DNA of 64,000 nucleotides from NCBI GenBank assembly GCA_963816145.1, contig CAWFJP010000023.1, positions 11,290-75,289 of the forward strand. Direction: 5' to 3'. How positions within the stretch are numbered: the stretch's first letter is position 1; each line of letters opens with the position of its first letter. This document shows, one piece after another, positions 1-9,164 of the stretch. Origin of the DNA: an uncultured delta proteobacterium. GTDB taxonomy: Bacteria; Desulfobacterota; Binatia; UBA9968. The notes under the pieces are model-generated. The model was not told where the DNA came from. It did no database searches and was given only the letters and a program-made list of their open reading frames with translations. Position numbers and translations under genes: made by a program.

Positions 1-8
1 CCGCCCTT

Positions 9-30
9 CGTCACTCGACCCTCGACACTT
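9..30 (+). repeat. Family-A element, CTCGAC-heptad tail only (cut by window edge)
   Basis: cgtcactcgaccctcgacactt. Confidence 0.5.
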
Positions 31-102
31 CCCGCTTACTAGCTGTTGCCGCGAAATTTGAAAATGCACGAGGAAACTCGATTTCGATTACTCTGACTGT
101 CC

Positions 103-858
103 TCACTTGCCGAGATGGGCGAGCGCATTGCGCATTGGCGCACTGGGAATCTGGATCACCCCTTCGAACGGCTGGTCGAGTTCGAGAATCACGAAGATCG
201 CGCCGGACACTGATATCGCGGCTAGCAAGAGCGCGGTAATCGCAATGGAGTTGGCCGGCGCGAACAGGCCCCAGCTAAGGAAGATAATCGCCAGCCATGA
301 GATCACCACGATCAGCAAAGGCATGGAAACCGACCTGCCCGACTGCTCAAACAATAACCAGCGCAATTGACCGAGGTCGCTGTCCATGCCGACGGCCTGG
401 GCCCTGAGCGAGGCCTGCGCATCGTTCTTCGGTGACAACTTCTGGATGGCTTTGTGCAGTTCCTCAATACCGGATCCGGCCGGGTCCAGTTGCACTTGCT
501 GGGACCTTTCCTCCGGCCACATGCGATTGAGCGCACCTTCGACCATGCGGCGGAGCAGGACCCGGCTATCCGCCGACTCAGGCCCGTAGTTAGCCAACAA
601 GCGATCGAGGAACACGATCTTGGCCGCCATTTGGGTCACCTCATTCTTTTCGGTGTCGTAGGAGCCTTTAGCGGCCGCCACCAGCAGTCCGAGAATCAGC
701 GCCGCCATCGTACCGACCAAGCCCATGCCAAGTTTCACCGAGTCCTTGGTATCCGAGCTCAGGTGATGATCTGCAAGCACGCCGCGCAGCGCCATTCCCA
801 ACAATGATGCGCTAAAAATGCACACTAACACCGTTACTCCGATGGCGTTGTCACTCAT
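103..858 (-). CDS. Hypothetical inner-membrane protein (DUF4239-like topology, tentative)
   Basis: 251-aa ORF with an ATG start and GGAGG 8 nt upstream. One N-terminal and two C-terminal hydrophobic helices (VLVCIFSASLLGMAL; LLIVVISWLAIIFLSWGLF; LLLAAISVSGAIFVILEL). Family name is from memory only. Confidence 0.6.
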   Translation of the reverse strand: MSDNAIGVTVLVCIFSASLLGMALRGVLADHHLSSDTKDSVKLGMGLVGTMAALILGLLVAAAKGSYDTEKNEVTQMAAKIVFLDRLLANYGPESADSRVLLRRMVEGALNRMWPEERSQQVQLDPAGSGIEELHKAIQKLSPKNDAQASLRAQAVGMDSDLGQLRWLLFEQSGRSVSMPLLIVVISWLAIIFLSWGLFAPANSIAITALLLAAISVSGAIFVILELDQPFEGVIQIPSAPMRNALAHLGK

Positions 859-988
859 CTTTTACACCTCCCAACGCAACCAACGTCTTGATTGGCAAAC
901 TAGATGAAATCTTTCCTGCGAATTTTGCATAACCAGCCAGCGGACATCGCCTACCTAACTCCAACACTCGAATAGTCCGTTCTTAAAC

Positions 989-3151
989 TCACTTAACCCA
1001 ATGCAGCACATTGCGTATTACCGACCACTGCGGTTGCTTGGGCCGCGCGTCCCGTCCGAGTATCCAGTGATCGTAAAGCGCCTGGATCGTGCCGTTCTTG
1101 CGTTGCAGATCGATCCAGGTCCCAAGAAAGCGCGCGAACTCCTGGTCGTGGCGCGCCACCGGGTAGGCAAGCGGAAAGCGAATCGTCAGCGGCTGCGGTA
1201 CCGCAACCGCAAAGGCCGGGTAGAGTAGTGAAAAGTACGAGCCCCGTTCCGCGCTGAAGGCAAGCGCATCAGCCTGTGGACCGCGCCCGGCAAAAAAGTC
1301 GCCGACGCGATCTACCGAGATTGGTACGAGTTCCGCCCGCGGGAATTCCCGCTGGATGATCTCCTCGACATACGGCAAATCGGGAACCGCCACCTTTAGC
1401 CCTGGCTCAGCGCGAACCCATTCGGCGCTGGAGAAATCGGCCCGGCGATGGTCTGGCACGACAAAGCCCAGCGTCTCGTCAAGATAAGGCGGCGAGAAAA
1501 CCATCTCGTCGGCGCGCCTGGTGGTGACGGTCATACCGGACATGACCAGGTCGCAAAAACCGCCATTGACCGCCTCCGCCAGCCGAGCGCGCGATACCGG
1601 CACAAACTCGATTTCCAATCCCAGTTCCGCCGCCAATGTGTACGCCATTTCAATATCCAACCCGACCAACTCGCCCTGGGAGTTGAAATAACTGTACGGC
1701 ATCGCACTTTCCACATAGCCGACGCGAATCCGCCCGCTTTTACGGATCGCGTCGAGCAAGGATGCGCCGTCGCGCGGTTGTGGCCGCGGCTCGGACGGCA
1801 GTTCGTGCAGCACGGTCGCGCGCACTGCGGTCGGCCTCAGGAGTTTCATTTGCGTCACCAGACGGTCCTTGTCGTAGACGCCGGCGCCAAGCACGCGCAA
1901 CAGCCCGCCGGTCGCCGTCAAAGTCACTGCGACTAGGCCCGCAGTCACGAGCAGATAGCGCAAAATCCGCGCCGGCGAGAGGCGGATGCTGCCCGCCAAA
2001 GCGTAACTGCCGGCGAGCGCCAGGGTGACCATGTACATCGCCGATGCCAGCGTGCCAAAACGCGAGTTGATCACTCCTGTAGCGAGAAAGAGTTGAAAGG
2101 TGTCAGCGGGAACCTTCACCAGGTCGAGCAAAAACGGCACGGCGACGTTGATACTGCCCATCAGGCTGACGATCCCCGCGAACACCAGCTTCAGGTAATC
2201 AGCGGCAAAAAGATCGGTATCCGAGTACCACGCGGCAAACAGCATAAAACTCAGCGAGAGCAGCTTGGCGGCATGGGGGAAATTGTAAAACGCCGGAACG
2301 ATGACATCGGGCGGCGAACCCTCCTCGGACTCGGCGAACCCTTGTTCACGCAGCAGCTCTTTCGCGCGGTCGATGAGAATCGGCAGTACGATGAAGAGTT
2401 GGGCGGTCGTGAAGGCGGTCAACAGAGCATCCCGGGTCTTGTTCAGGATTTGGCGCACTGAGATCGGCGTCACGCAGGCCACGAACCCGGGCAGAATCCA
2501 AAACGAAAGCAGCAGCGTCATCGCGCCATAGCTGATCAAGTAAACCCGCAGTTTATCGAACTGCGCCGCGTCTTCGGTACCGATGGTTTGTGCCGCGATG
2601 GCGAAAAGACCGATCGGGGTTAAATCAACCGCAAACTGATTGGCCCGTTTGAGAGCCCGTTCGGTGAGACCAAGAACTTCAATAAGCGGCCCTTTGCGCT
2701 CGATGCCGATGAGCGCGACGCCGAAAAATACGCTGAACAGGACCACCGCCGGGACGATATTATTCGCCAGCGAGTGAAATGGATTGGCGGGTATATAAAG
2801 CGCGATGAAGTCCAGCGGTTCTTTGGCTTGGACCAATGAAGTGCTAAAGAACGAAGCGCTTTTTACTGGCGGAAACGCCAGCGGCATCAGCAAAACCGCG
2901 CCGATCACCAGCAACCAGAGCGCGCCGGTCAGGGCGCCGACGCGGAGAAACAGGCGACGCGCCTGGGGACCGTTCAGGCTGCCGATGCCAGCGATCAGTG
3001 AAACCATGACGTAGGGCAACACCGTCATCTGGAGCAGCCGGACATAGCCCTCGGCCGCGAAGTCCAGCATTGCGGCTTTCTCACCAAGGAACAAACCCGT
3101 GGCAACCCCGAGCGCGAGCCCAATAAGAATATTGCGGGTGGTCGAGGTCAT
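989..3151 (-). CDS. Fusion protein: dicarboxylate/amino-acid:cation symporter (DAACS) membrane domain plus C-terminal family-3 periplasmic solute-binding domain
   Basis: 720-aa ORF. The N-terminal ~430 aa is multi-TM with a GltP-like start (LIGLALGVATGLFLG...LQMTVLPYVMVSLIAGIGSL). The C-terminal ~250 aa has the SBP_bac_3-like core IRVGYVESAMPYSYFNSQGELVGLDIEMAYTLAAELG. Its ATG overlaps the pqiC stop (ATGA). Confidence 0.8.
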   Translation of the reverse strand: MTSTTRNILIGLALGVATGLFLGEKAAMLDFAAEGYVRLLQMTVLPYVMVSLIAGIGSLNGPQARRLFLRVGALTGALWLLVIGAVLLMPLAFPPVKSASFFSTSLVQAKEPLDFIALYIPANPFHSLANNIVPAVVLFSVFFGVALIGIERKGPLIEVLGLTERALKRANQFAVDLTPIGLFAIAAQTIGTEDAAQFDKLRVYLISYGAMTLLLSFWILPGFVACVTPISVRQILNKTRDALLTAFTTAQLFIVLPILIDRAKELLREQGFAESEEGSPPDVIVPAFYNFPHAAKLLSLSFMLFAAWYSDTDLFAADYLKLVFAGIVSLMGSINVAVPFLLDLVKVPADTFQLFLATGVINSRFGTLASAMYMVTLALAGSYALAGSIRLSPARILRYLLVTAGLVAVTLTATGGLLRVLGAGVYDKDRLVTQMKLLRPTAVRATVLHELPSEPRPQPRDGASLLDAIRKSGRIRVGYVESAMPYSYFNSQGELVGLDIEMAYTLAAELGLEIEFVPVSRARLAEAVNGGFCDLVMSGMTVTTRRADEMVFSPPYLDETLGFVVPDHRRADFSSAEWVRAEPGLKVAVPDLPYVEEIIQREFPRAELVPISVDRVGDFFAGRGPQADALAFSAERGSYFSLLYPAFAVAVPQPLTIRFPLAYPVARHDQEFARFLGTWIDLQRKNGTIQALYDHWILGRDARPKQPQWSVIRNVLHWVK

Positions 3152-3729
3152 CGCTCCAGCGCCCGCACGGCGTCAGCGATGTCCCGGCTCAAGCGCGCGA
3201 GCGCGCGGCTGTGAGCGGCGGCGAGCGCATCATAGCCTTTCTCTTGCACCGCTTCGCGCGCGGTGGTGCGGCCGGTTTCGGCCTTGCCATCCTTGGTTCG
3301 GCGCACGGTCCAGACCGCGTCCAGGATCGCTGCCTCGCCTGGCGCCGATTGGAAACTTTGCACGTCGACGCCGGCGCGGTAATCGGCATCCGCGCTCAGC
3401 GTCTGCGCAAACAAGGTCACACGCGGCGTGCCCAGCATCTGCACGAGATTATCGGCGACCGCGCGCGCGATACTGTGCTGCAGCGGCGCCGCCCAGCGGT
3501 CGAATTCTTCCAGCCGTACTTGATTGGGGCCGATGTCGACGACGATCTGCGGGCGATCGACAACCGCAGGCACCGCCACCGGCCCGACGATTACAGAGAT
3601 GTTAGATGACGCCGCGGCGGCTCCGCGCGCGGCGCTGAGGGTGTAAAAGCGCGACGGCGGCGTGGAACCGCACCCGGTCAAGACAGCAGCAAGGATACAG
3701 ACAGGAGCGAGAGCGGTGAGCTGGCGCAT
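3148..3729 (-). CDS. pqiC: PqiC/YmbA-type auxiliary lipoprotein of the Pqi transport system
   Basis: Lipobox AAVLTGCGS followed by RFYTLSA, ~190 aa, located directly downstream of pqiB. The track ORF extends to a TTG at 3747. The ATG at 3729 (MRQLTALAPV...) gives a clean lipoprotein signal peptide. Confidence 0.7.
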   Translation of the reverse strand: MRQLTALAPVCILAAVLTGCGSTPPSRFYTLSAARGAAAASSNISVIVGPVAVPAVVDRPQIVVDIGPNQVRLEEFDRWAAPLQHSIARAVADNLVQMLGTPRVTLFAQTLSADADYRAGVDVQSFQSAPGEAAILDAVWTVRRTKDGKAETGRTTAREAVQEKGYDALAAAHSRALARLSRDIADAVRALER

Positions 3730-3784
3730 TGGATTTTTACCTTTCAAATGTTCAACAGAACGACTTCAACGAGACAAGAATCAA

Positions 3785-3943
3785 GGGTCGGAGTGTCGAG
3801 GGGAAGATCACTCGTCCCTTTTTCACAGGAGTTAACGGAGACAACGAGAGTTTCTGATGAAATTTTCTCTGTTACCTCCGTTGCCTCCTGTTAGTTTCCC
3901 CGCTCTTCATCCCTCGACCCTCGACCCTCGACACTCGTCACTC
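3785..3943 (+). repeat. Family-A nested palindromic element (complete)
   Basis: Outer arm gggtcggagtgtcgagggg. Inner hairpin acaggagttaacggagacaacgagag (3825-3850), 16-nt AT-rich loop, ctctgttacctccgttgcctcctgt (3867-3891). Outer arm ccctcgaccctcgaccctcgacactcgtcactc. Lies between pqiB and pqiC. Confidence 0.85.
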
Positions 3944-3956
3944 TTACCTTTTTAGC

Positions 3957-5630
3957 TCACTCCTCAGTCTTGCCCCTTATCAGCGCTTCGGGATGACGCT
4001 CCAAAAAGTCGGTCAATACGCGCAATGACCTGGCGGCGCGGGTGATCTCCTGCAGTGCTTCGCGCAGTTCCTGTTGCGCGGGAGCGTCCTTGCCGACGAG
4101 AGTCGCATCGGCATTCTTGAGCACCCCGTCGGCCGAGGTAATCGCGCGGCGGATTTCTTCGACCGTGGTTTTCAAGCCGGGCGTGACTTCCGCGTCGATG
4201 CGGTTCACCGCCTTGTCTGCGCTCTTCAGTGTTTGGTCGAGCGAGACGAGCACCTTCGTGACATCGGCGCCGATCGCTTCGAGCGGCAGCTTGTCGAGCT
4301 TGGCGACGATGCCGGTGATTTTCGCTTCGAGGTCACTAACGGTACTCGGCACCACCGGCAACTCCGGCGCTTCCTGGCGCCAGTCGATCTTCACTTTGGG
4401 AGCGTCGGGGAAGAAGTCAAAGGCGACAAAGAGCTGACCGGTAAGCAGATTGCCGCTGCGGAGCTGCGCGCGCAACCCACGTTGCTCGACCAGGCGCTGC
4501 ATCAGCGCGTGGCGTTGCTGCGAGCTCCCCTCAAGCATTTTGCCGACCGCCGCTTGGTTCGAGCCCAAGTGGGCTAACAGACGCTCGGGGTAGGAAACGA
4601 CCTCGACCCGCCCTCGAATTCTCATCGTCGCCGGGTCGATCGCGAGACCGACGTCGGTGACCTCACCTGCCGGCAGCCCGAGCAGCGTGACCGGCGCGCC
4701 CACGGACAATCCGCGCAGCGTTTCGTTGAAATACAGCACATAGTGCACTGCGATCGATTCGGGTTGCTTCATCGCCGTGGTCTTGTCAGCGTAGAGGGTG
4801 AAGACCACGTCTGCCGCCGCGGGCTCGGCCGTAGCCGCGAAGGGAGGCGTGTCAAATGCGAGGCCGCCCGCGAGCAGCGCGATTAGCGATTGCGTGCGCA
4901 CTTCCACGCCGCCCGCGCCGATGGATGCATCGATTCCGCTCGCGTTCCAGAAGCGTGTGCCGGGTTTGACGTACTTGTCGTAGGGCGCGTTGATGAAGAC
5001 CTTCATTTGGACTGACTTGCCGTCGGCGGCAAGTTCATAAGCGATCACCTGCCCGGCCTGCAACTGGCGGTAGTAGATCGGCGAACCGATACCCAGCGAG
5101 CCGAGGTTCTCCGCCTTGAGGACAAACTGCCGGCCCGGCTGACCGCCGGTGATGATCGGTGCCACCTCGAGTCCGGTGAACTGGCGCTGCTGCTTTTCGG
5201 ACTTGCCGACTTCAAAACCGATGTAGTTGCCCGACAGCAGAGTGCCGAGGCCGGATACCCCGCTCAGCGTAACCCGCGGCTCAACGACCCAGAACTTGGC
5301 ATCCTCGACCATTAAGCCAGCTTCGGCCTTGTCTATCTTCGCTGTCACCTCTACCTTCGAATGGTCGGCGGAAAGCTTCACCGCCGTCACCTGGCCGATG
5401 TTCACATCCTTGTACTTGACGAAAGTCTTGCCGGCCTCGAGGCCCTCCGCAACCTTGAAGACGATGGTGATGGTCGGCCCTTCGCTCATGATGCGCTGGA
5501 TGGCAATGCCAATGGCCACCACCGCTGCAAGAATCGGGATGATCCAGACGACCGAGATCCGTGTCCCCTTCTTCCGCACCACCGTAGCCTGCGGCAGTTC
5601 GTCACGATTGATATTCTCAGCCATGCGCAC
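3957..5630 (-). CDS. pqiB: PqiB-like multi-MCE (MlaD) domain protein
   Basis: 557 aa with an N-terminal TM anchor (VVWIIPILAAVVAIGIAI) and repeated MCE-like segments (e.g. VKYKDVNIGQVTAVKL, YYRQLQAGQVIAYEL). The C-terminal region is helical. The gene overlaps the end of pqiA. Confidence 0.85.
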   Translation of the reverse strand: MRMAENINRDELPQATVVRKKGTRISVVWIIPILAAVVAIGIAIQRIMSEGPTITIVFKVAEGLEAGKTFVKYKDVNIGQVTAVKLSADHSKVEVTAKIDKAEAGLMVEDAKFWVVEPRVTLSGVSGLGTLLSGNYIGFEVGKSEKQQRQFTGLEVAPIITGGQPGRQFVLKAENLGSLGIGSPIYYRQLQAGQVIAYELAADGKSVQMKVFINAPYDKYVKPGTRFWNASGIDASIGAGGVEVRTQSLIALLAGGLAFDTPPFAATAEPAAADVVFTLYADKTTAMKQPESIAVHYVLYFNETLRGLSVGAPVTLLGLPAGEVTDVGLAIDPATMRIRGRVEVVSYPERLLAHLGSNQAAVGKMLEGSSQQRHALMQRLVEQRGLRAQLRSGNLLTGQLFVAFDFFPDAPKVKIDWRQEAPELPVVPSTVSDLEAKITGIVAKLDKLPLEAIGADVTKVLVSLDQTLKSADKAVNRIDAEVTPGLKTTVEEIRRAITSADGVLKNADATLVGKDAPAQQELREALQEITRAARSLRVLTDFLERHPEALIRGKTEE

Positions 5631-6258
5631 CCTCCGAGTTTGCCAGCGAATCCCAAATCAGCCGGGGGTCAAAGGACTCCGCCGCGATCATCGTCAACAC
5701 CACCACCGCCGCGAAAAAAACTACCCCCGCACCGGGCTCGACAAACATCAACGGCTGGAGCTGTACCAGGGCAACGGTGAATGTGTCGACGAAAACATCC
5801 AACATCGACCAGCGCCCGATGAACTCGACCATTCGATACAGCCGGGTGCGCTCACCGCTGCTGCCGCGCGAGCCGCGCTGCACCGTGATCAAGAGATAGG
5901 CCAGCGCCACTAGTTTGCCGAGCGGGATTATCACGCTGGCGATCAACACGATGATCGCCAGCGGCCAAGATCCCGAGGTATAGAGAAATACCACCCCGCC
6001 CATGATGGTGTCGGAGTCGGTGGAACCGAGCGTGGTGGTGCTCAGCACCGGCAGCACGTTGGCGGGGATGAAACAGATTGCCGCGGCGATGACCAGCGCC
6101 CAGGTGTACTGGATGGAATGGTGGTGCCGCCACTCGAGCTTTCCGCCGCAGCGCGGGCAGTAGCCCGGCTCGGCCAAATCGGCCGGCCGCGACAGCAAAG
6201 CGCAGGTTTCGCAGGAAACCAGTCCCGCCTGGGCGGCAGTGAGTGGAGTGGTGCTCAT
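5617..6258 (-). CDS. pqiA: PqiA-family membrane protein (second half-size gene)
   Basis: 213 aa. N-terminal zinc-ribbon CETC...CPRCG followed by 4 TM helices. Paralogous to ORF 6713-7357. Confidence 0.8.
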   Translation of the reverse strand: MSTTPLTAAQAGLVSCETCALLSRPADLAEPGYCPRCGGKLEWRHHHSIQYTWALVIAAAICFIPANVLPVLSTTTLGSTDSDTIMGGVVFLYTSGSWPLAIIVLIASVIIPLGKLVALAYLLITVQRGSRGSSGERTRLYRMVEFIGRWSMLDVFVDTFTVALVQLQPLMFVEPGAGVVFFAAVVVLTMIAAESFDPRLIWDSLANSEGAHG

Positions 6259-6312
6259 TGTATTACGTTGCTTAATCGTTTGCGCAGCTTTCGCAAAGTT
6301 TCCGCGGCTGGA

Positions 6313-6333
6313 GGGCGCGATGAATCGCGCCCC
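6313..6333. repeat. Short GC hairpin (GGGCGCGA-TGAA-TCGCGCCC type REP)
   Basis: gggcgcgatgaatcgcgcccc, a perfect 8-bp stem. Confidence 0.55.
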
Positions 6334-6541
6334 GACAAATCAATGTCCTTTCCGCCTTTTGCGTTTTGTTGTAAAACCTCGCGTTCCGAATCTCCTCAGG
6401 ACAACGGCTTGAACGATTTAAACGACTGGAACGTGCTTTCTATTGGAAATTGCGATCCAAAAACATTAACACCAACATGTTTGGCATAACGTGCAGCCTA
6501 AATATTCCGCAAGTCGAAAGTTCTCGGATTCGGATATGCCT

Positions 6542-6679
6542 CCCGCAAAGGCGCAAAGAAGCCGAGTTCGGAATCGTTGTCATTTCGACCAGAGGGAGAA
6601 ATCTCTCTTAGATCCCTCGCATTCGCTCGGGATGACGGGCACCGCCCCGTCACCTTTGCGCCTTGGCGTCTTTGCGGGA
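6542..6679. repeat. Family-D palindromic element (GTCATTTCGACC...GGGATGAC type) with an outer inverted repeat
   Basis: Outer arms cccgcaaaggcgcaaag / cctttgcgccttggcgtctttgcggga. Inner part gtcatttcgaccagagggagaaatctctcttagatccctcgcattcgctcgggatgac. Lies between the two pqiA half-genes. Confidence 0.75.
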
Positions 6680-6712
6680 GATCATCCGAGTTTCGGTTGC
6701 GGCCTTGCGGCG

Positions 6713-7357
6713 CTATGCTCCCTCTGCTCCGGTCGCGTCGTTACGCGGCAGCGCTTCCCCTTCGGCCCACTCAACCCGCTGCCAGACCTCGCGTGGATGG
6801 AAGGTGACCATGATCGCGGCAAACAGGACGATTAGGCCGCCCACCGCATACAACCCGATGCCGGGTTCCACCGTTGCCAACTCGGCGATCTTGATCAGTG
6901 CGACCAGGATGCCTAGCATCATCACCTCACTCATCGACCAGGGCTGCATGGAGTGCGCCCAACGCAACATTTCACCGACCCAATGCGGCGCGGGTGGCCG
7001 CCTGGCAGCGATTAGAACCGTTAGCATGAATATTACGTAGCTTGCCGGCGCGATCACCGCGCAGAATCCAACGATCATAGCCGTCACATCCTGCCCTTGC
7101 AGCCACATCTCGTAGGCGCCGCCGATGATGGTCGTGCTCGCTTGGCGCCCCACGGCCGAAAGCCCCATGAGCGGTGACGTATTAGCGACAATCAATACGA
7201 TGGCGGCCGTGAGCGTGAGCGCCAGCGTGCGGTCGATCGAATCGGTTGGCGCCGAGGCGAGAATGTGGCCACAGCGCAGGCATCGAGCCTTACCGCCGGG
7301 CGGGAGTTCCGGCAAGCGCTGGAGCAAATCGCAATCGGGGCAAGCAATGGTTTCCAT
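6713..7357 (-). CDS. pqiA: PqiA-family membrane protein (first half-size gene)
   Basis: 214 aa. Zinc-ribbon CPDC...CLRCG plus 4 TM helices. First gene of the pqi operon. Confidence 0.8.
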   Translation of the reverse strand: METIACPDCDLLQRLPELPPGGKARCLRCGHILASAPTDSIDRTLALTLTAAIVLIVANTSPLMGLSAVGRQASTTIIGGAYEMWLQGQDVTAMIVGFCAVIAPASYVIFMLTVLIAARRPPAPHWVGEMLRWAHSMQPWSMSEVMMLGILVALIKIAELATVEPGIGLYAVGGLIVLFAAIMVTFHPREVWQRVEWAEGEALPRNDATGAEGA

Positions 7358-7403
7358 CGGCGGGTCGAATCATCAGTAACGAGCGTCAAGTGACGCGGGA
7401 CAT

Positions 7404-7436
7404 CTCCCCTCGACACCCGACATGCGCTCCCTCAAC
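7404..7436 (+). repeat. Family-A heptad fragment
   Basis: ctcccctcgacacccgacatgcgctccctcaact. Confidence 0.4.
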
Positions 7437-7937
7437 TCAAGGGGTGGACACGATATAGACGACTTGGTTTCCCTGAAAACCGGCCTTATAGAAAACGCCG
7501 CCGCAGTTAAAATAATTGATGCCGTTGATCAATGTTGAATTGCAATTGGGCGGCAGGTACGGCACCGTCGAGCCGATCGGCAGGGCAGCGGCAGCTCTCT
7601 GGGCATTCGCAGCGGCAGCGGCAGCGTTTGCCGCAGCTGCCTGAGCGGCGGCGGCATTGGCGGCAGCAGCCTGCGCCGCGGCGGCGTTCGCGGCCGCCAT
7701 ATTCGCGGCCGCCGCGTTGGCCGCGGCAGCGTTGGTGGCGGCAGCATTCCATGCCGCTTCTCGATACATCGACCGGCGCGCCACTCCGGCGAAAGACAAC
7801 GGCGTCCAGGGCATGCCGATGATCGCCTGTGCATCACCGACGAAGCTCAGCGTCAATGATGCATCAGGTTGGAAACTGGCTATGGGCAGATAGAATAGTG
7901 ACGCAGTCATTACTACAGCTAGTAAAGTCCTTTTCAT
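7437..7937 (-). CDS. Secreted low-complexity Ala/Asn/Gln-repeat protein with Cys-containing C-terminal domain
   Basis: 166 aa with a signal peptide (MKRTLLAVVMTASLFYL). A ~55-aa run reads AANAAAANAAAANMAAANAAAAQAAAANAAAAQAAAANAAAAAANAQRAAAA. C-terminal module is YLPPNCNSTLINGINYFNCGGVFYKAGFQGNQVVYIVSTP. Confidence 0.55.
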   Translation of the reverse strand: MKRTLLAVVMTASLFYLPIASFQPDASLTLSFVGDAQAIIGMPWTPLSFAGVARRSMYREAAWNAAATNAAAANAAAANMAAANAAAAQAAAANAAAAQAAAANAAAAAANAQRAAAALPIGSTVPYLPPNCNSTLINGINYFNCGGVFYKAGFQGNQVVYIVSTP

Positions 7938-7959
7938 GGTTTGACTCCTTTAAATATAT

Positions 7960-8222
7960 TATCTCAGCTTCTAACCAATTGAATCTTCCGGCTTTCTACC
8001 TTCGTGATCTTCGTGGCCTTCTTAGAAAATACACGCGCAACTTTGATGCGGGCGACGAATTCCCATAAGGCTTCCGTCATACCGGCGAAAGCCGGTATCC
8101 ATCCCCCCGCCGTCGCCTGGATGCCGGCCTTCGCCGGCATGACGAATCGGGTGGGCGTGCAGGGGGCGGCAATTTCATACTCTGTAGACGAGCGTAAGCT
8201 CATGGTCACTTCGTGGTGAACA
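7960..8222 (-). repeat. Family-B ~250-bp element (two GC hairpins; AFAGMT/PAKAGI-type spurious peptides)
   Basis: gtcataccggcgaaagccggtatccatcc and tggatgccggccttcgccggcatgacg hairpins, plus ggcaatttcatactctgtagacgagcgtaagctcatg. Reverse-complement of the copy at 35293-35555. Confidence 0.8.
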
Positions 8223-8251
8223 CGCTTTAACGATCATGCCGCAAGAACCGA

Positions 8252-9037
8252 CTATTTCGACTTCGCGGTGTCGGCGGTCAATTTGAGAAACTCGATCTTC
8301 TTGGCCCCTTTGGGCGGCGTGAATGTGAATTCCTGATTGCTCAACTTCGCCGCGACATCCCAGCTCCTAATCAACACCGTGAACTGCGGCGCGCCGCTAA
8401 CCTGTTTGGTGGTAATCATGAATTTACGTGGCAACGGCTTGTCGCCATCCTCGATCCAGATCTGCCAGTCCACTTCCGCGCCGCGAAACGCCAGATGGCT
8501 GCACTTCACCCCGGCAACAATGCTCTGGCCGACCACGAATCCGGCCGAGGCCTCCTTGAGCATCTTCTCGGCGGCGTTCTTGTACAGCAGCTCGGCCGCC
8601 GGCGCAAGAATGTCGAGCTTCTCTCGGGCGAAATCCAGCGTCTCATCGAGTGTCGCCGGCGCGGCCGTGGTCGCGTACAAGTTCTCGCGCGGGTTGTAGA
8701 GCGTCAGAGTCTTGCCGTCGTAGAAAAATTCCTGGTTGGCGAGGTCGCCCTTGCGATGGGCACGCAGCTTGTTGGGCCGCGACACCATCAGTGTCGCCGG
8801 GCTGTCATACTGCAGCTTCTGCCCGGAGGTCAGCACCGCTTCAAGGGTGCTCTCCGCCTTAAGACTAAACTGCTGGCGGCCAGCCAGATAGTCACTCATG
8901 CGCCGCAACAGCTTTTCCGCCTGCGGCTCGACCCCCGTAGGTTGCGCATGGCCAATCTCGGGCAAGCCGGTCAAAACCAGCAGCGCCAAAGCAACTACTG
9001 GGAAAATTCGTCGGGCAAAACTAAAGAAACCGTTCAT
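8252..9037 (-). CDS. Periplasmic LolA-like protein (DUF2092-like, tentative)
   Basis: The ORF runs to 9091. The ATG at 9037 has GGAGGAG 8 nt upstream and yields the signal peptide MNGFFSFARRIFPVVALALLVLTGLPEIGHA. Family assignment is from memory of the motif pattern (LLRRMSDYL...FYDGKTLTLY). Confidence 0.6.
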   Translation of the reverse strand: MNGFFSFARRIFPVVALALLVLTGLPEIGHAQPTGVEPQAEKLLRRMSDYLAGRQQFSLKAESTLEAVLTSGQKLQYDSPATLMVSRPNKLRAHRKGDLANQEFFYDGKTLTLYNPRENLYATTAAPATLDETLDFAREKLDILAPAAELLYKNAAEKMLKEASAGFVVGQSIVAGVKCSHLAFRGAEVDWQIWIEDGDKPLPRKFMITTKQVSGAPQFTVLIRSWDVAAKLSNQEFTFTPPKGAKKIEFLKLTADTAKSK

Positions 9038-9144
9038 AACATTATCTCCTCCATTTGATCTGCCGCTCCGCTCGTTGACCGCTTGAGACACGCTGGCCTC
9101 AAGGCTTCATGGCGTTAACCTAACCTAAGAGGGTCGCCCTTGGA

Positions 9145-9164
9145 TATTGGCCTTTAGTCCAATA
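9145..9164. promoter_or_regulatory. Candidate operator, 20-bp palindrome TATTGGCC-TTTA-GTCCAATA
   Basis: One arm mismatch. Lies ~110 bp upstream of the DUF2092-like gene start (9037). Confidence 0.45.

Noticed and set aside
7964-8209. Small ORFs 7964-8209, 8004-8219, 35294-35557, 35304-35528 and 35381-35701, with shared peptides (STEYEIA, PAKAGI, AFAGMT).
   Set aside because: They are translations of the two family-B repeat copies. Their similarity reflects the DNA repeat, and they are readable on both strands.
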